DNA from: Candidatus Latescibacterota bacterium
GTDB taxonomy: Bacteria; Latescibacterota; UBA2968; UBA8231
Assembly (NCBI GenBank): GCA_965242865.1
Contig: CBDETK010000013.1
Span: 4,224,001-4,288,000 of the forward strand
Direction: 5' to 3'
Length of the DNA stretch: 64,000 bases
In this document: piece by piece, positions 44,101 to 52,372 of the stretch
Layout of the letters: each line of letters begins with the position of its first letter
Position numbering within the stretch: the stretch's first letter is position 1
Notes under the pieces: model-generated
The model's input: only the letters and a program-made list of their open reading frames with translations
Told to the model about the DNA's origin: nothing
The model's database searches: none
Position numbers and translations under genes: made by a program

Positions 44101-44250
44101 CAGATCGTCGAAGCCAGCGGCGGCTTGCAGTACCAGCAGCTCTACGAGGCGATCAACTTGCTCAACCGCCAGCACTACTGGTCCACCGAAGGCGGCGACA
44201 TTTACGACGCCCCGCGGCAGCTCCGCTTCGGGCTACAATTCGACTTCTAG
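41113..44250 (+). CDS. TonB-dependent receptor with N-terminal carboxypeptidase-regulatory-like domain
   Basis: Signal peptide; G.I.G.V.D..TG..LP.ANV; plug LQAGVV....HIRGSR..E..YYVDG; QDKIEY, NAGLR.DYF, SPRLG.SFP; ends LRFGLQFDF. Confidence 0.92.
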   Translation: MTKFAGVFCVLLALSVAPAEASTGGKIAGVVKDATTGDGLPQANVAVVGTKLGTTADEKGRFFILNVPAGTYALKATYIGYADYTVEDVRVSTDLTTKLDIDLTSADIQVEEVVIRAERPIIDKNATNAVRIVGAEDLEILPFRGVSQVLSLQAGVVEDEGALHIRGSRSDEIGYYVDGASVRNIITGSFAVGLIDEALEEVQLQAGGFNAEYGGANAGIVLQELRTGGHDWDFTIVAESDNFTSDFEQRFGTYSYGYSNQVITAGGPVAGNQNIRAFVAGQRRSVDYRPTYWSGFEFENLVDTGNRQGRVHWAEDEEGNPIPDEVERLEVKPGNIPHTGRSLLDFNGTLHFNYNPILLRVTGLHSIEDRELNINPVKNILNQERLNERTLSSSLVNVKAIHLLDPSLFYEMNVSFYNQGRESFDGVFKERWWVYNDSVAVQRALEGGPEYTPYTANGSIPEPYDLSGFPFNRPGSPTNSATGNSTGAWYDKEQDRYWGLAGSITKQTAVHQLKAGFDYQRWTSRRHAIFNGSIRSGIAATYPKLDAVYQRYYRGELAEGAILNALIETADTLSEGEGSLDDLRRFLRRSSGDFFGYDEFGRSIESSGDPLQNPREPVVGSAFVQDKIEYNDLIINAGLRLDYFDAASWRFVDQSAPVIDKQERTLVIENSAGTYMEKTPAYTEISPRLGFSFPVSDITVFHVQYGRFSQMPRMRDMFTGGARLAVELGGQNFILTPTAFDIEPVRTTQYEIGFERQFADFASFDVTSFYRDIKGQLQIRRQEVSGNAVEAGSFTYLQNGDFATTKGLEFQFKVRRINRLRAELNYTLSDARGTGSTLTSAQSGAENDTDVPTIISPLDFNQTHRGALFLDYRFADNEENSLVRRLGANLLARFASGYNFTLVDGSIGQRGPEEGGILASDDSRSRKPVESINRSTTPWTFRVDLRIDKGFSLYGVNAQIYAYVQNLFNRKNVINVYGRTGSDKDDGFLTNPDLSQQIVEASGGLQYQQLYEAINLLNRQHYWSTEGGDIYDAPRQLRFGLQFDF

Positions 44251-44279
44251 CTAGCCGCTTAAAAGCGAGGAAGCACACC

Positions 44280-47200
44280 ATGCGAAAACTCATTTTTGGA
44301 ATGATAGCGGCGGGGCTGGTGGTCGGCGCGGCCGAGGCGCGCGAGCCGTTTTACGGCCGGGCGGCCAAAGCCCTCCAAGAGAAGGAGGACAAGGACAAGG
44401 TCTCGACCGAGCGGACGCTGCTCAACATCAACAACATGGCCATGTGGATCAAGAGCGATGGTGCGTCGGCTCACAACCCGATCACCGGCGGCGCGGGCGT
44501 GACGTTTCCGCGCTCGACCGACCAAGTCATCTTTCAGGACGGCCTTATTTGGGGCGGGCGGGTCATGGACGGCAATCCACAGGAGGTGCGCGTCGGCGGC
44601 CAGACCTATGCCATTGGCACGGTCCCGGGCGTCATTGAGTCGAAAGGCGTGGCTCAAGACCGCGCTGCGGCGCGCCTGTACCGAATTCGCCGCGACTGGG
44701 CGACCGCGGATTTGCGGCTCGACGCCTCCGAGATCTTCAACAAGGGCCTGAGCGAAGTCTCCGCGGCTAATGAGGATTCCGTGCGCGCCCGATACGAGCG
44801 CGACTGGCTGGAGTGGCCGGCCGAGTTGGGTGCTCCCTTTTACGACAACGACGGAGACGGGCAGTACGACCCCGCGGTGGACGAGCCGGGGTTGGCCAAT
44901 GCCGATCAAGTGATCTGGTTCGCGGTCAACGATTTGGACCCAGGGGCTGTCGCTGGCCTCTACGGCGCCCTGCCGATTGGCATGGAGACGCAGGTGACGC
45001 TGTGGGGGTACGCCCGCACGGACGCGCTGGGCGACGCGATCTTTAAGAAGTACAAGGTCATTTACAAGGGCACCGAGAGTACGCCGGACACGGCGCGCGT
45101 TGAGGACATGTACTTCGCTCAGTGGTCCGATCCGGACTTGGGCGACTTTGGCGACGACTTTGCCGGGGCCGATGTCGATTTGAGCCTCGGGTACGTGTAC
45201 AACTCAATTGACGACGACTCCCATTACGTGGACTTTGGGCTGGCACCGCCGGCCGCGGGCTACGACTTTTTGCAAGGTCCGATTGTGCCGGTGCATGTCC
45301 TTGACGCGGAGGGGAATGTCGCCGTGGATGAAGAAGGCAACCCACTGCTCGACGAGAGCTCGGTGGCGATCTTCAACGACGGGCTGAGGCCCGGGTACAA
45401 AAATTTGCCGATGACTGCGTTTGTGTACTTTGCGGCGGGGTCGTCAGTTGACGACCCGGACTTGCGAGCGTACGACGGAACCTTGCAGTGGTACAACCTG
45501 CTGCAAGGCTTCAAGCCGCAGGCCAACATCGACAAGCCCGTGCCCTACACCAATCCGCTGACCAACGAGGACACCAAGTTCACGCTTGCCGGCGACCCAA
45601 CGCGGGCCACGGGCTGGAACGACGGAGTCCCCTTGCCGGCCGGCGACCGGCGCATCGTAATGGCGACCGGCCCGTTTGAGATGGCGTTGGGCGACACGCA
45701 AGAAGTAGTGGTCGCTCTGCTGGGCGGCATTTCTACCGACCGCCTGCGCAGCGTCTCCAAGCTCAAGTTCACGGACCAGTTCGTGCAGGACGCGTACAAC
45801 AGCTTCTTTGAGGTTCCCAAGCCGCCGGCTCCGCCCAATGTTCGCGTCGTTGAGCTGGATCAGACGATCGTCTTGGACTGGGGCTGGGACGACGAGTCGA
45901 TAAAGGCCGCGGAAGGCGAGGGCTCCCCCGGCTTTGATTTTGAAGGCTACAACGTCTATCAGTTGCCCTCGGCCGAAGCCACGCTTTCCCAAGGGGTCAA
46001 GGTGGCGACCTTTGATATTGAAAACGGCGTGACCGCGATCTTGGGCATTGACCTAGACGACGAGTCGGGTGTGGTGCTCGACGTGCCTCTACAGATCGGT
46101 GCCGACTTTGGGCTCAAGCGCAATATCAAGATCACCCAAGACCGCATCCGCAGCGGTCCGTTGGTCAACGGCCAGCGCTACTACTTTGCGGTGACGGCCT
46201 ACAACCGCGCCACGGCCGGAGGGGCCACCACCACGCTGGAAAGTGCGCCGCAAAACTTGATCTGCGTACCGCAGGAGCCGCCGCCGGGCACTCGCTATTT
46301 CAGCAAGGCCGCCGCCGCGATAGTCGCCGAGCACATTGCCGGTGGCAGCGATGGTGGGGTCGTGGTCACTGTAGTTGATCCGACGAGAACCACCGGGCAC
46401 GACTACGCGATCGAATACGCTGCTGACGCCGACGGCAACACGGTGTGGAATCTGATCGACAAGACTAGCGGTCAGACTCTGTTGGCCGATCAGACCGATC
46501 AGGCTGGCAAGGTCCTCTATGTTGAGGCTGCCGGCATTGAGGTCGCGGTTTCTGGTCCGCCGGCTGGCATGAAGAGTTGGGCCGGGCCGGCCATGCCGTT
46601 TGAGGCTTGGAAGGCTTCGGCTGAAGCGGCCGACTTGACGGGCGATGGCCAGATCGACGCCGCCGATTTCGCACAGGCCGTTGATCACGCCAGCGACACG
46701 CGCTGGTTCACTTGGGCTGGCGGCTCCAATAGCTGGGGTGCCGAAGGCTTCCAAGGCGCGATGACCGGCGATCCCAACCGCCAGTGGTTCGCGCCCACCA
46801 CGGTGACGCCCGATCAATTGCGCACGGTGGAACTGCGCTTTACAGATGTCATAGAAGAAGATGGCGAAGACCAGTACAAGCCGGTTGACCTCAACAACGA
46901 GAACGTCTCCTATGCCTATCGCTACTTGCGGGGGGCTGGAGCGGACCCGCCGGCACTCGCCACCCTGACGACCACGACGAACCCGTGGGACTTTGGCCAG
47001 TACATCATCAATACCGAAGGCCCGGGCGTGTACGTCTATCAAGACCGGCGGCCGATCGCGCTGTCGGCTTGGGATATTGAGAGCGATCCGCCGCGCCGCC
47101 TCGAAGTGGCCTTCCTCGAAAACAACCAACCCGGCGGCTTGGTCAACGGCGCGTACGGACCGCCTTGGTACGATGTGGTGAGCAATATCGCTGGGGCCGG

Positions 47201-47801
47201 ACCACGCGAGTGGCTGTTCATCTTTGATTTGGACTACACGGACCCCAACCAAGGCGAGAACAGCGACATCTTGTTGCGGAACGGTTTGATTCACGATGGA
47301 GGCGAAAACGAGGAATACCTGCCCTTCATGTGGATCATCTTTTCTGAGCGGCGGCGCGAAGACGACTTTCCCTCCAACGGCGACTCCTTCCTGCTCGTCG
47401 CCAACCACGTCAACACCCCAGCCGACCGCTTCGCGTTTACGATCTTAGGGTCGGAAAGCGGCGACGCCTTTCTAGCCGAGGACATCAAAAAGATCAACGT
47501 TTTCCCCAATCCCTACTTAGGGGTCAACACGGCGGAGACCAGCCGCTTTAGCCACTTTGTGACCTTCAGCCACCTGCCGCCCAAGGCGAATATCCGCATC
47601 TTCGACCTGAGCGGAACGCTGGTGCGGACGATTGAGAAAGACGATCCGTCGCAGTTCACGCGCTGGGACCTGCAAAACCACAACGAACTGCCGGTAGCCA
47701 GCGGCATGTACATCGCCCATATCGAGCTGCCGGGGACCGGCATGACCCGCGTCCTCAAGCTGGCCATCATTCAAGAGCAGCAGTTCTTGGAGAATTTCTA
47801 G
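44280..47801 (+). CDS. Large secreted acidic protein with FnIII-like region and C-terminal T9SS type-A / FlgD-Ig-like sorting domain
   Basis: Signal peptide; FEGYNVYQ and YYFAVTAY FnIII strands; C-terminal VFPNPY...IRIFDLSG.LVRTI...WDL.N.....VASGMY...KLAII. Confidence 0.85.
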   Translation: MRKLIFGMIAAGLVVGAAEAREPFYGRAAKALQEKEDKDKVSTERTLLNINNMAMWIKSDGASAHNPITGGAGVTFPRSTDQVIFQDGLIWGGRVMDGNPQEVRVGGQTYAIGTVPGVIESKGVAQDRAAARLYRIRRDWATADLRLDASEIFNKGLSEVSAANEDSVRARYERDWLEWPAELGAPFYDNDGDGQYDPAVDEPGLANADQVIWFAVNDLDPGAVAGLYGALPIGMETQVTLWGYARTDALGDAIFKKYKVIYKGTESTPDTARVEDMYFAQWSDPDLGDFGDDFAGADVDLSLGYVYNSIDDDSHYVDFGLAPPAAGYDFLQGPIVPVHVLDAEGNVAVDEEGNPLLDESSVAIFNDGLRPGYKNLPMTAFVYFAAGSSVDDPDLRAYDGTLQWYNLLQGFKPQANIDKPVPYTNPLTNEDTKFTLAGDPTRATGWNDGVPLPAGDRRIVMATGPFEMALGDTQEVVVALLGGISTDRLRSVSKLKFTDQFVQDAYNSFFEVPKPPAPPNVRVVELDQTIVLDWGWDDESIKAAEGEGSPGFDFEGYNVYQLPSAEATLSQGVKVATFDIENGVTAILGIDLDDESGVVLDVPLQIGADFGLKRNIKITQDRIRSGPLVNGQRYYFAVTAYNRATAGGATTTLESAPQNLICVPQEPPPGTRYFSKAAAAIVAEHIAGGSDGGVVVTVVDPTRTTGHDYAIEYAADADGNTVWNLIDKTSGQTLLADQTDQAGKVLYVEAAGIEVAVSGPPAGMKSWAGPAMPFEAWKASAEAADLTGDGQIDAADFAQAVDHASDTRWFTWAGGSNSWGAEGFQGAMTGDPNRQWFAPTTVTPDQLRTVELRFTDVIEEDGEDQYKPVDLNNENVSYAYRYLRGAGADPPALATLTTTTNPWDFGQYIINTEGPGVYVYQDRRPIALSAWDIESDPPRRLEVAFLENNQPGGLVNGAYGPPWYDVVSNIAGAGPREWLFIFDLDYTDPNQGENSDILLRNGLIHDGGENEEYLPFMWIIFSERRREDDFPSNGDSFLLVANHVNTPADRFAFTILGSESGDAFLAEDIKKINVFPNPYLGVNTAETSRFSHFVTFSHLPPKANIRIFDLSGTLVRTIEKDDPSQFTRWDLQNHNELPVASGMYIAHIELPGTGMTRVLKLAIIQEQQFLENF

Positions 47802-47823
47802 GGGAGCAACAGGAGGCCATTCC

Positions 47824-48852
47824 ATGCTTCGATACAAACTTTGCATCTCGACGATTCTGTTGGTGCTGGGGGCTGGCGTAGCGCACGCCGATGGCTACGA
47901 CCGCGCCGGTACGGCCGCGGCCCCGGAACTGCTGATTCCGGTTGGTGCCCGCGACATGGCCTTGGGCGGTGCCGCGATCGCCACCAGCTCCGGGCTGGAA
48001 GCCTTGCACTGGAACCCGGCCGGGCTGTCCAAGTCCGAAGCCAACGCGGGCATCCTGTTCTCGACGATGTCTTATCTGGCAGCCACCCGCATCAACTATC
48101 TGGCTACCGGCGCCCATTTCGAGAGCGTCGGCTCGCTGGCTTTCGACATCAAGGCCCTGAGCTTAGGCGAAATCCCGGTGACGACCGAGGCCAATCCCGA
48201 CGGCACCGGGGCGACGTTTTCGCCGACGTTCTTCACGCTGGGCCTGACCTTTGCCCGGGAACTGACCGACCGCATTGCCGTCGGCTTCACCGGCCACTAC
48301 ATAGTCAACCGCATCGTCCGGGTCGAGGCCACGGCCGCCTCGCTGAGTGCCGGTCTGCAATACGCCAATTTGGGCGGGATTGCCGGCTTGGACTTGGGCA
48401 TCGCGCTCAAGCACATTGGGACGCGGATGCAGTTTGGCGGTTCCGGCCTGTTGCGTCGCGGCCAGATTGACGGAGTGCGCCGCGGACCCGCTGATTACAA
48501 TGTACAGGCCAGTTCGGCCGACCTGCCCTCGACGTTTGAACTCGGCCTGAGCTACCGCTATATGCCCGCGAGTCTAGGGGCGCTCAACGTGTCCTCGGTC
48601 TTCCGGCACAACAACTTCGCCTACGACCAGTACCGATTGGGGGCCGAGTATCTGGTGAGCGATTTCTTGGCTCTGCGTGCGGGCTTTGATTACGCGCCCA
48701 ATTCGACCGACGACTACATCTACGGCACCAGCTTCGGCTTTGGCTTGAACCTAGCGGCCGGGACGCTCAAAAATTTGCGCGTTGATTACGCCTACACGAC
48801 GGTTGATTACTTCGACGCGCTCAACACCTTTACCTTTCAGTTCGGTTTCTGA
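47824..48852 (+). CDS. PorV/PorQ-family (FadL-like) outer-membrane beta-barrel
   Basis: Signal peptide; L.IPVGAR..ALG, WNPAGL, LP..F.LG, LRAG and DYAY motifs; C-terminal FQFGF. Confidence 0.87.
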   Translation: MLRYKLCISTILLVLGAGVAHADGYDRAGTAAAPELLIPVGARDMALGGAAIATSSGLEALHWNPAGLSKSEANAGILFSTMSYLAATRINYLATGAHFESVGSLAFDIKALSLGEIPVTTEANPDGTGATFSPTFFTLGLTFARELTDRIAVGFTGHYIVNRIVRVEATAASLSAGLQYANLGGIAGLDLGIALKHIGTRMQFGGSGLLRRGQIDGVRRGPADYNVQASSADLPSTFELGLSYRYMPASLGALNVSSVFRHNNFAYDQYRLGAEYLVSDFLALRAGFDYAPNSTDDYIYGTSFGFGLNLAAGTLKNLRVDYAYTTVDYFDALNTFTFQFGF

Positions 48853-48868
48853 CATAAAGGAGATTTTT

Positions 48869-50005
48869 ATGAAATTTGCAGGTTGGCTGGCGGTGCTCGT
48901 CGCGGTCGCTGGATTGGGATGTCAGAGTTCGACCATGACGGCCGCCAAGCTCTATATCAAGCAAGAGGAGCCGCAAAAGGCCCGAGAACAACTCGCCCTA
49001 GTCTTGCAGAGCGAACCCGACAATGCCGAGGCCCACTTCCTCATGGGCCAGCTCTTAGGGGACGAGGGCCGCTACGGCGAAATGGTGGCTCACTTTAATA
49101 GTTCGGCTGCGATCAGCCCCAAGTTTGAGGCCGAAATTGAGCAAACCCGCCGCCTCTACTGGGTGCGCGAGTACAATGCCGGCGTCGGCCATGCCCAAGG
49201 CGAGTCCCCGAACTACGTTTTGGCGCGGCATTCGTTTCACAACGCCACCCTCATCGACGAGGGCGCGCTCGACGCTTGGCGCAACCTCGCGTTTGTCTAT
49301 TACCAGACCGACAGCACGGATGCGGCCATTGCCACGTACCAGCGGATCGCGTCGGCCGCGCCAGAAGACGCCCGCGCCTTTTTCAACTTAGGGTCGCTCT
49401 ACTTGCAAGAGGGACGGCTCAATGAGGCCATCCGCGCCTTGTCGCAGGGGGTCAAGATCGATCCCGAAAACCTCAACGGCCTGACCAATCTCGCCCAAGC
49501 CCAAGCCCAAGCCGAGGACTACGAGAACGCCGAGGCCAATTATCGCAAGATCATTGAGCAAACCCCGGATGATTTCAGGCCCTACTTTAACTTGGGCAAC
49601 CTCTACTGGCAGCAAGAAAAATATGCGGCGGCGAAGCGGGCTTATGAGCAGGTTCTGGCGTTTGAACCGGACGATGGGGGGACGGGGGACGATGGGGATG
49701 GGCGCGACGATGGGGACGGTACAGCGCACGACACGGGTACAGCGCACGACACGGGGGCTGCGGACACGCGCGACACGCACGACACAGGGGTCGTGCGCTA
49801 CGTGGATGCGCGTTACAATCTTGCTATGGTTTATTTGGCTACTGGTGATAGGGATGGGGCGTTGCCGTTTTTGGAGCAGCTCGCCGAGCAAATGCCAGAC
49901 AATGCGCTGGTGTGGATGCACTTGGGCACGGTTTATGCCCACAAGGATTTGGTCGAGAAGAGCGAGGCGGCGTTTGCGCGGGCCGCGGAACTAGAACGGG
50001 AATAA
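48869..50005 (+). CDS. Tetratricopeptide-repeat lipoprotein
   Basis: SD AAGGAG; lipobox AGLG-C; multiple TPRs (A..NLG..Y, P.N..A). Confidence 0.88.
   Translation: MKFAGWLAVLVAVAGLGCQSSTMTAAKLYIKQEEPQKAREQLALVLQSEPDNAEAHFLMGQLLGDEGRYGEMVAHFNSSAAISPKFEAEIEQTRRLYWVREYNAGVGHAQGESPNYVLARHSFHNATLIDEGALDAWRNLAFVYYQTDSTDAAIATYQRIASAAPEDARAFFNLGSLYLQEGRLNEAIRALSQGVKIDPENLNGLTNLAQAQAQAEDYENAEANYRKIIEQTPDDFRPYFNLGNLYWQQEKYAAAKRAYEQVLAFEPDDGGTGDDGDGRDDGDGTAHDTGTAHDTGAADTRDTHDTGVVRYVDARYNLAMVYLATGDRDGALPFLEQLAEQMPDNALVWMHLGTVYAHKDLVEKSEAAFARAAELERE
49670..49790 (+). repeat. In-frame 18-bp-period tandem repeat inside the TPR gene
   Basis: GACGATGGGG at 49670, 49688 and 49706; GGTACAGCGCACGACACG exact at 49718 and 49736; degenerate copies follow. 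Confidence 0.85.
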
Positions 50006-50032
50006 ATCGAATCGCCGGTGCTGTAATCCGCC

Positions 50033-51328
50033 ATGTTGCAGTACACCATTCAGCGCATTCTGCTCGCCATCCCGACGCTCCTCGGCATCACCCTGCTGAC
50101 CTTCCTGATCATGCGTTTGGCGCCCGGCGACCCGGTCGATCTCTTCTTGGGCGGGGCCGCTGGCGGCGAAGGAATCTCCACCGACCGCCAAGCGGACGTG
50201 GAGAAGACGCGCCGGGATTTGCGCCGCCAACTCGGGCTAGACCAACCGCTACACCTCCAGTATTTGCACTGGCTTTCCAGCTTGATCTTGCGCGTGGAGG
50301 ACCTCAGCGCGTTTGACCGCGGGGCCGTGTTGGCCGACGCCGTGCTCGGGGAGCTGCCAGACGCGGCGCGGGCCGAGCTGGCCTCGCTCGAAGGGGCCGA
50401 GCGCAAGGCGCGCTTCTTGGAGCACTTTCGCGGCCGGCGTCCCGAGCGCATCGACGAGCTCGTTGAGTCGCCTTTCTGGCAGAGCCGCCTTTTCTCTCCA
50501 GTCAAAAACTACGCTTATACCGGGTCGGGCTTAGAGCTGGTGCAGACGGAGGGCTGGCGGTTGGTGACCCTGAATTTGGGCCGCTCCTTCAAAGACCAAG
50601 AACCGGTCATCGACCACCTCCTCGACCGGCTGCCGATCACGCTGGAAATCAACCTCATCAGCCTAGTCTTTGCCTACCTAATCGGCGTGCCGCTGGGCAT
50701 CGCGATTGCGGTCAAGCAGAATAGCGCTGTGGACCGCTTGGTCACCACCGGGACCTTCATGCTCTGGTCGATGCCTTCGTTTTGGGTCGGCATGCTGCTG
50801 ATCTTGTTTTTTTGCAACGAGGAGTTCTTTCACTGGTTTCCGGCCTCTGGGATCCAATCCCTAGAAGCGGGGGAAGGCTGGGGATTCTGGCGGCTGTTGA
50901 CCGACCACGCCCACCATTTGGCCCTGCCGATACTGGCTTCGACCTACGCCAGCTTCGCCGGGATCTCTCGTTACATGCGCACCAGCATGCTGGAAAATTT
51001 GCGGCTGGATTACGTGCGCACAGCCCAAGCCAAGGGCTTGCGCTACCGAGTCGTAGTGCTGCGCCACGTGCTGCGTAACTCCCTGATTCCCATCGTTACC
51101 CTGCTGGCCGGGCTTTTGCCGGGGATGATCGCCGGCTCGGTGTTTATCGAGACGATCTTCACCATTCCGGGCATGGGCTTTTTGGCCTTCCAGTCGGTCA
51201 TCGTGCGCGACTATCCCATGGCCATGGCGCTCTTCACCATTGGCTCGGCCCTGTCGCTGGCGGGTATCTTGGTGGCCGATATTCTGCTCAAGGTCGTGGA
51301 CCCGCGCATCGACTTTGCGAGGGTGTAG
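50033..51328 (+). CDS. Oligopeptide ABC transporter permease (OppB/DppB type) with an enlarged periplasmic loop
   Basis: LAPGDP, LGLDQP, NLGRSF, RLPITL, SMPSFW, DYVRTAQAKGL EAA loop, ETIF.IPGMG, RDYP and DPRI motifs. Confidence 0.93.
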   Translation: MLQYTIQRILLAIPTLLGITLLTFLIMRLAPGDPVDLFLGGAAGGEGISTDRQADVEKTRRDLRRQLGLDQPLHLQYLHWLSSLILRVEDLSAFDRGAVLADAVLGELPDAARAELASLEGAERKARFLEHFRGRRPERIDELVESPFWQSRLFSPVKNYAYTGSGLELVQTEGWRLVTLNLGRSFKDQEPVIDHLLDRLPITLEINLISLVFAYLIGVPLGIAIAVKQNSAVDRLVTTGTFMLWSMPSFWVGMLLILFFCNEEFFHWFPASGIQSLEAGEGWGFWRLLTDHAHHLALPILASTYASFAGISRYMRTSMLENLRLDYVRTAQAKGLRYRVVVLRHVLRNSLIPIVTLLAGLLPGMIAGSVFIETIFTIPGMGFLAFQSVIVRDYPMAMALFTIGSALSLAGILVADILLKVVDPRIDFARV

Positions 51329-52372
51329 ATGAGTGCGGAGGGGGTTGCACAAGGGCAGTCCTACCGGCAGGTCGTCTGGAGGCAGTTCAAGAACAACAGA
51401 CCCGCTTTGCTCAGTCTCTTGGGCATCGTCTGGCTGGGACTCGTCGCCTTGAGTGCGGACTTGCTCGCCGGCGACAAGCCGTACTACATGAAGTACAAGG
51501 GCGAGATGTACTTTCCGGCCTTTCGCCAATACGCGGTCTATCTAGGGCTGATGGACTGGCCCGCAGAATTGAAGCGGCGTCGCAACTTCAAAAAGCTCGA
51601 TCTAGACGAAGCCATTTTCCCGCTGGTGCCGTATGCCCCGGGCGAAGTGCGCTTGCGGGAGAAGTACCAGGCCCCCGGAGCCGAGCACTGGCTGGGCACA
51701 GACCGCTTGGGACGCGACGTCCTGTCCGGGCTGATTCACGGTACGCGCTACGCCTTGACCATTGGCCTCGTGGCCGTGGGCATCTCGCTGGCTGTTGGCT
51801 TGGCCTTGGGCGCGTTGGCCGGCTACTTTGGCGGCTGGATCGACTTGGCGCTCTCGCGCCTTTTCGAGCTGTGGGCCGCGATCCCCAGCTTCTTCCTAAT
51901 CCTAACGGTCGCGGCGTTTTTTCCGCCGAGCCTGTTTTTCGTCATGATCATCATCGGCCTTACGAGCTGGGTCGGGATTGCCCGCTTGACGCGCTCGCAG
52001 TTTTTGCAGGTGCGTAGCTACGATTACGTGGCCGCGGCCCGCAGCCTCGGGTACTCAAACCGGCGGATCATGTTCCGCCACATCCTGCCCAACGCCATCG
52101 GCCCGATCTTGATTCCGGCGGCCTTTGGGGTGGCCGGCGCCATCCTCGCCGAGTCGGGACTGAGCTTTTTGGGCGTGGGGATGCCGGCCGAAGCGATCAC
52201 GTGGGGGGCCTTGCTGGCTGGGGCGCGCAGCAATGCGGCTGCTTGGTGGCTGGTGGTCGTGCCGGGCGTGGCCATTTTTGCCACCGTGACCCTGTACAAC
52301 CTGCTCGGCGATGGGTTGCGCGACGCGCTGGACCCCAAGCTGCGCGGCTCAGGGGCTGAGGAAAGCGGGTAG
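51329..52372 (+). CDS. Oligopeptide ABC transporter permease (OppC/DppC type)
   Basis: HWLGTDRLGRD, YVAAARSLG, RHILPN, ESGLSFLG and NLLGDGLRDALDP motifs. Confidence 0.94.
   Translation: MSAEGVAQGQSYRQVVWRQFKNNRPALLSLLGIVWLGLVALSADLLAGDKPYYMKYKGEMYFPAFRQYAVYLGLMDWPAELKRRRNFKKLDLDEAIFPLVPYAPGEVRLREKYQAPGAEHWLGTDRLGRDVLSGLIHGTRYALTIGLVAVGISLAVGLALGALAGYFGGWIDLALSRLFELWAAIPSFFLILTVAAFFPPSLFFVMIIIGLTSWVGIARLTRSQFLQVRSYDYVAAARSLGYSNRRIMFRHILPNAIGPILIPAAFGVAGAILAESGLSFLGVGMPAEAITWGALLAGARSNAAAWWLVVVPGVAIFATVTLYNLLGDGLRDALDPKLRGSGAEESG

Noticed and set aside
49670-49790. CRISPR array
   Set aside because: The repeats are contiguous, in frame, 18 bp in period, without unique spacers, and no cas genes are present.
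52349-52372. Convergent 24-bp overlap of the oppC-like gene and lysA as a regulatory device
   Set aside because: Short 3' overlaps of convergent genes are common, and there is no further evidence.
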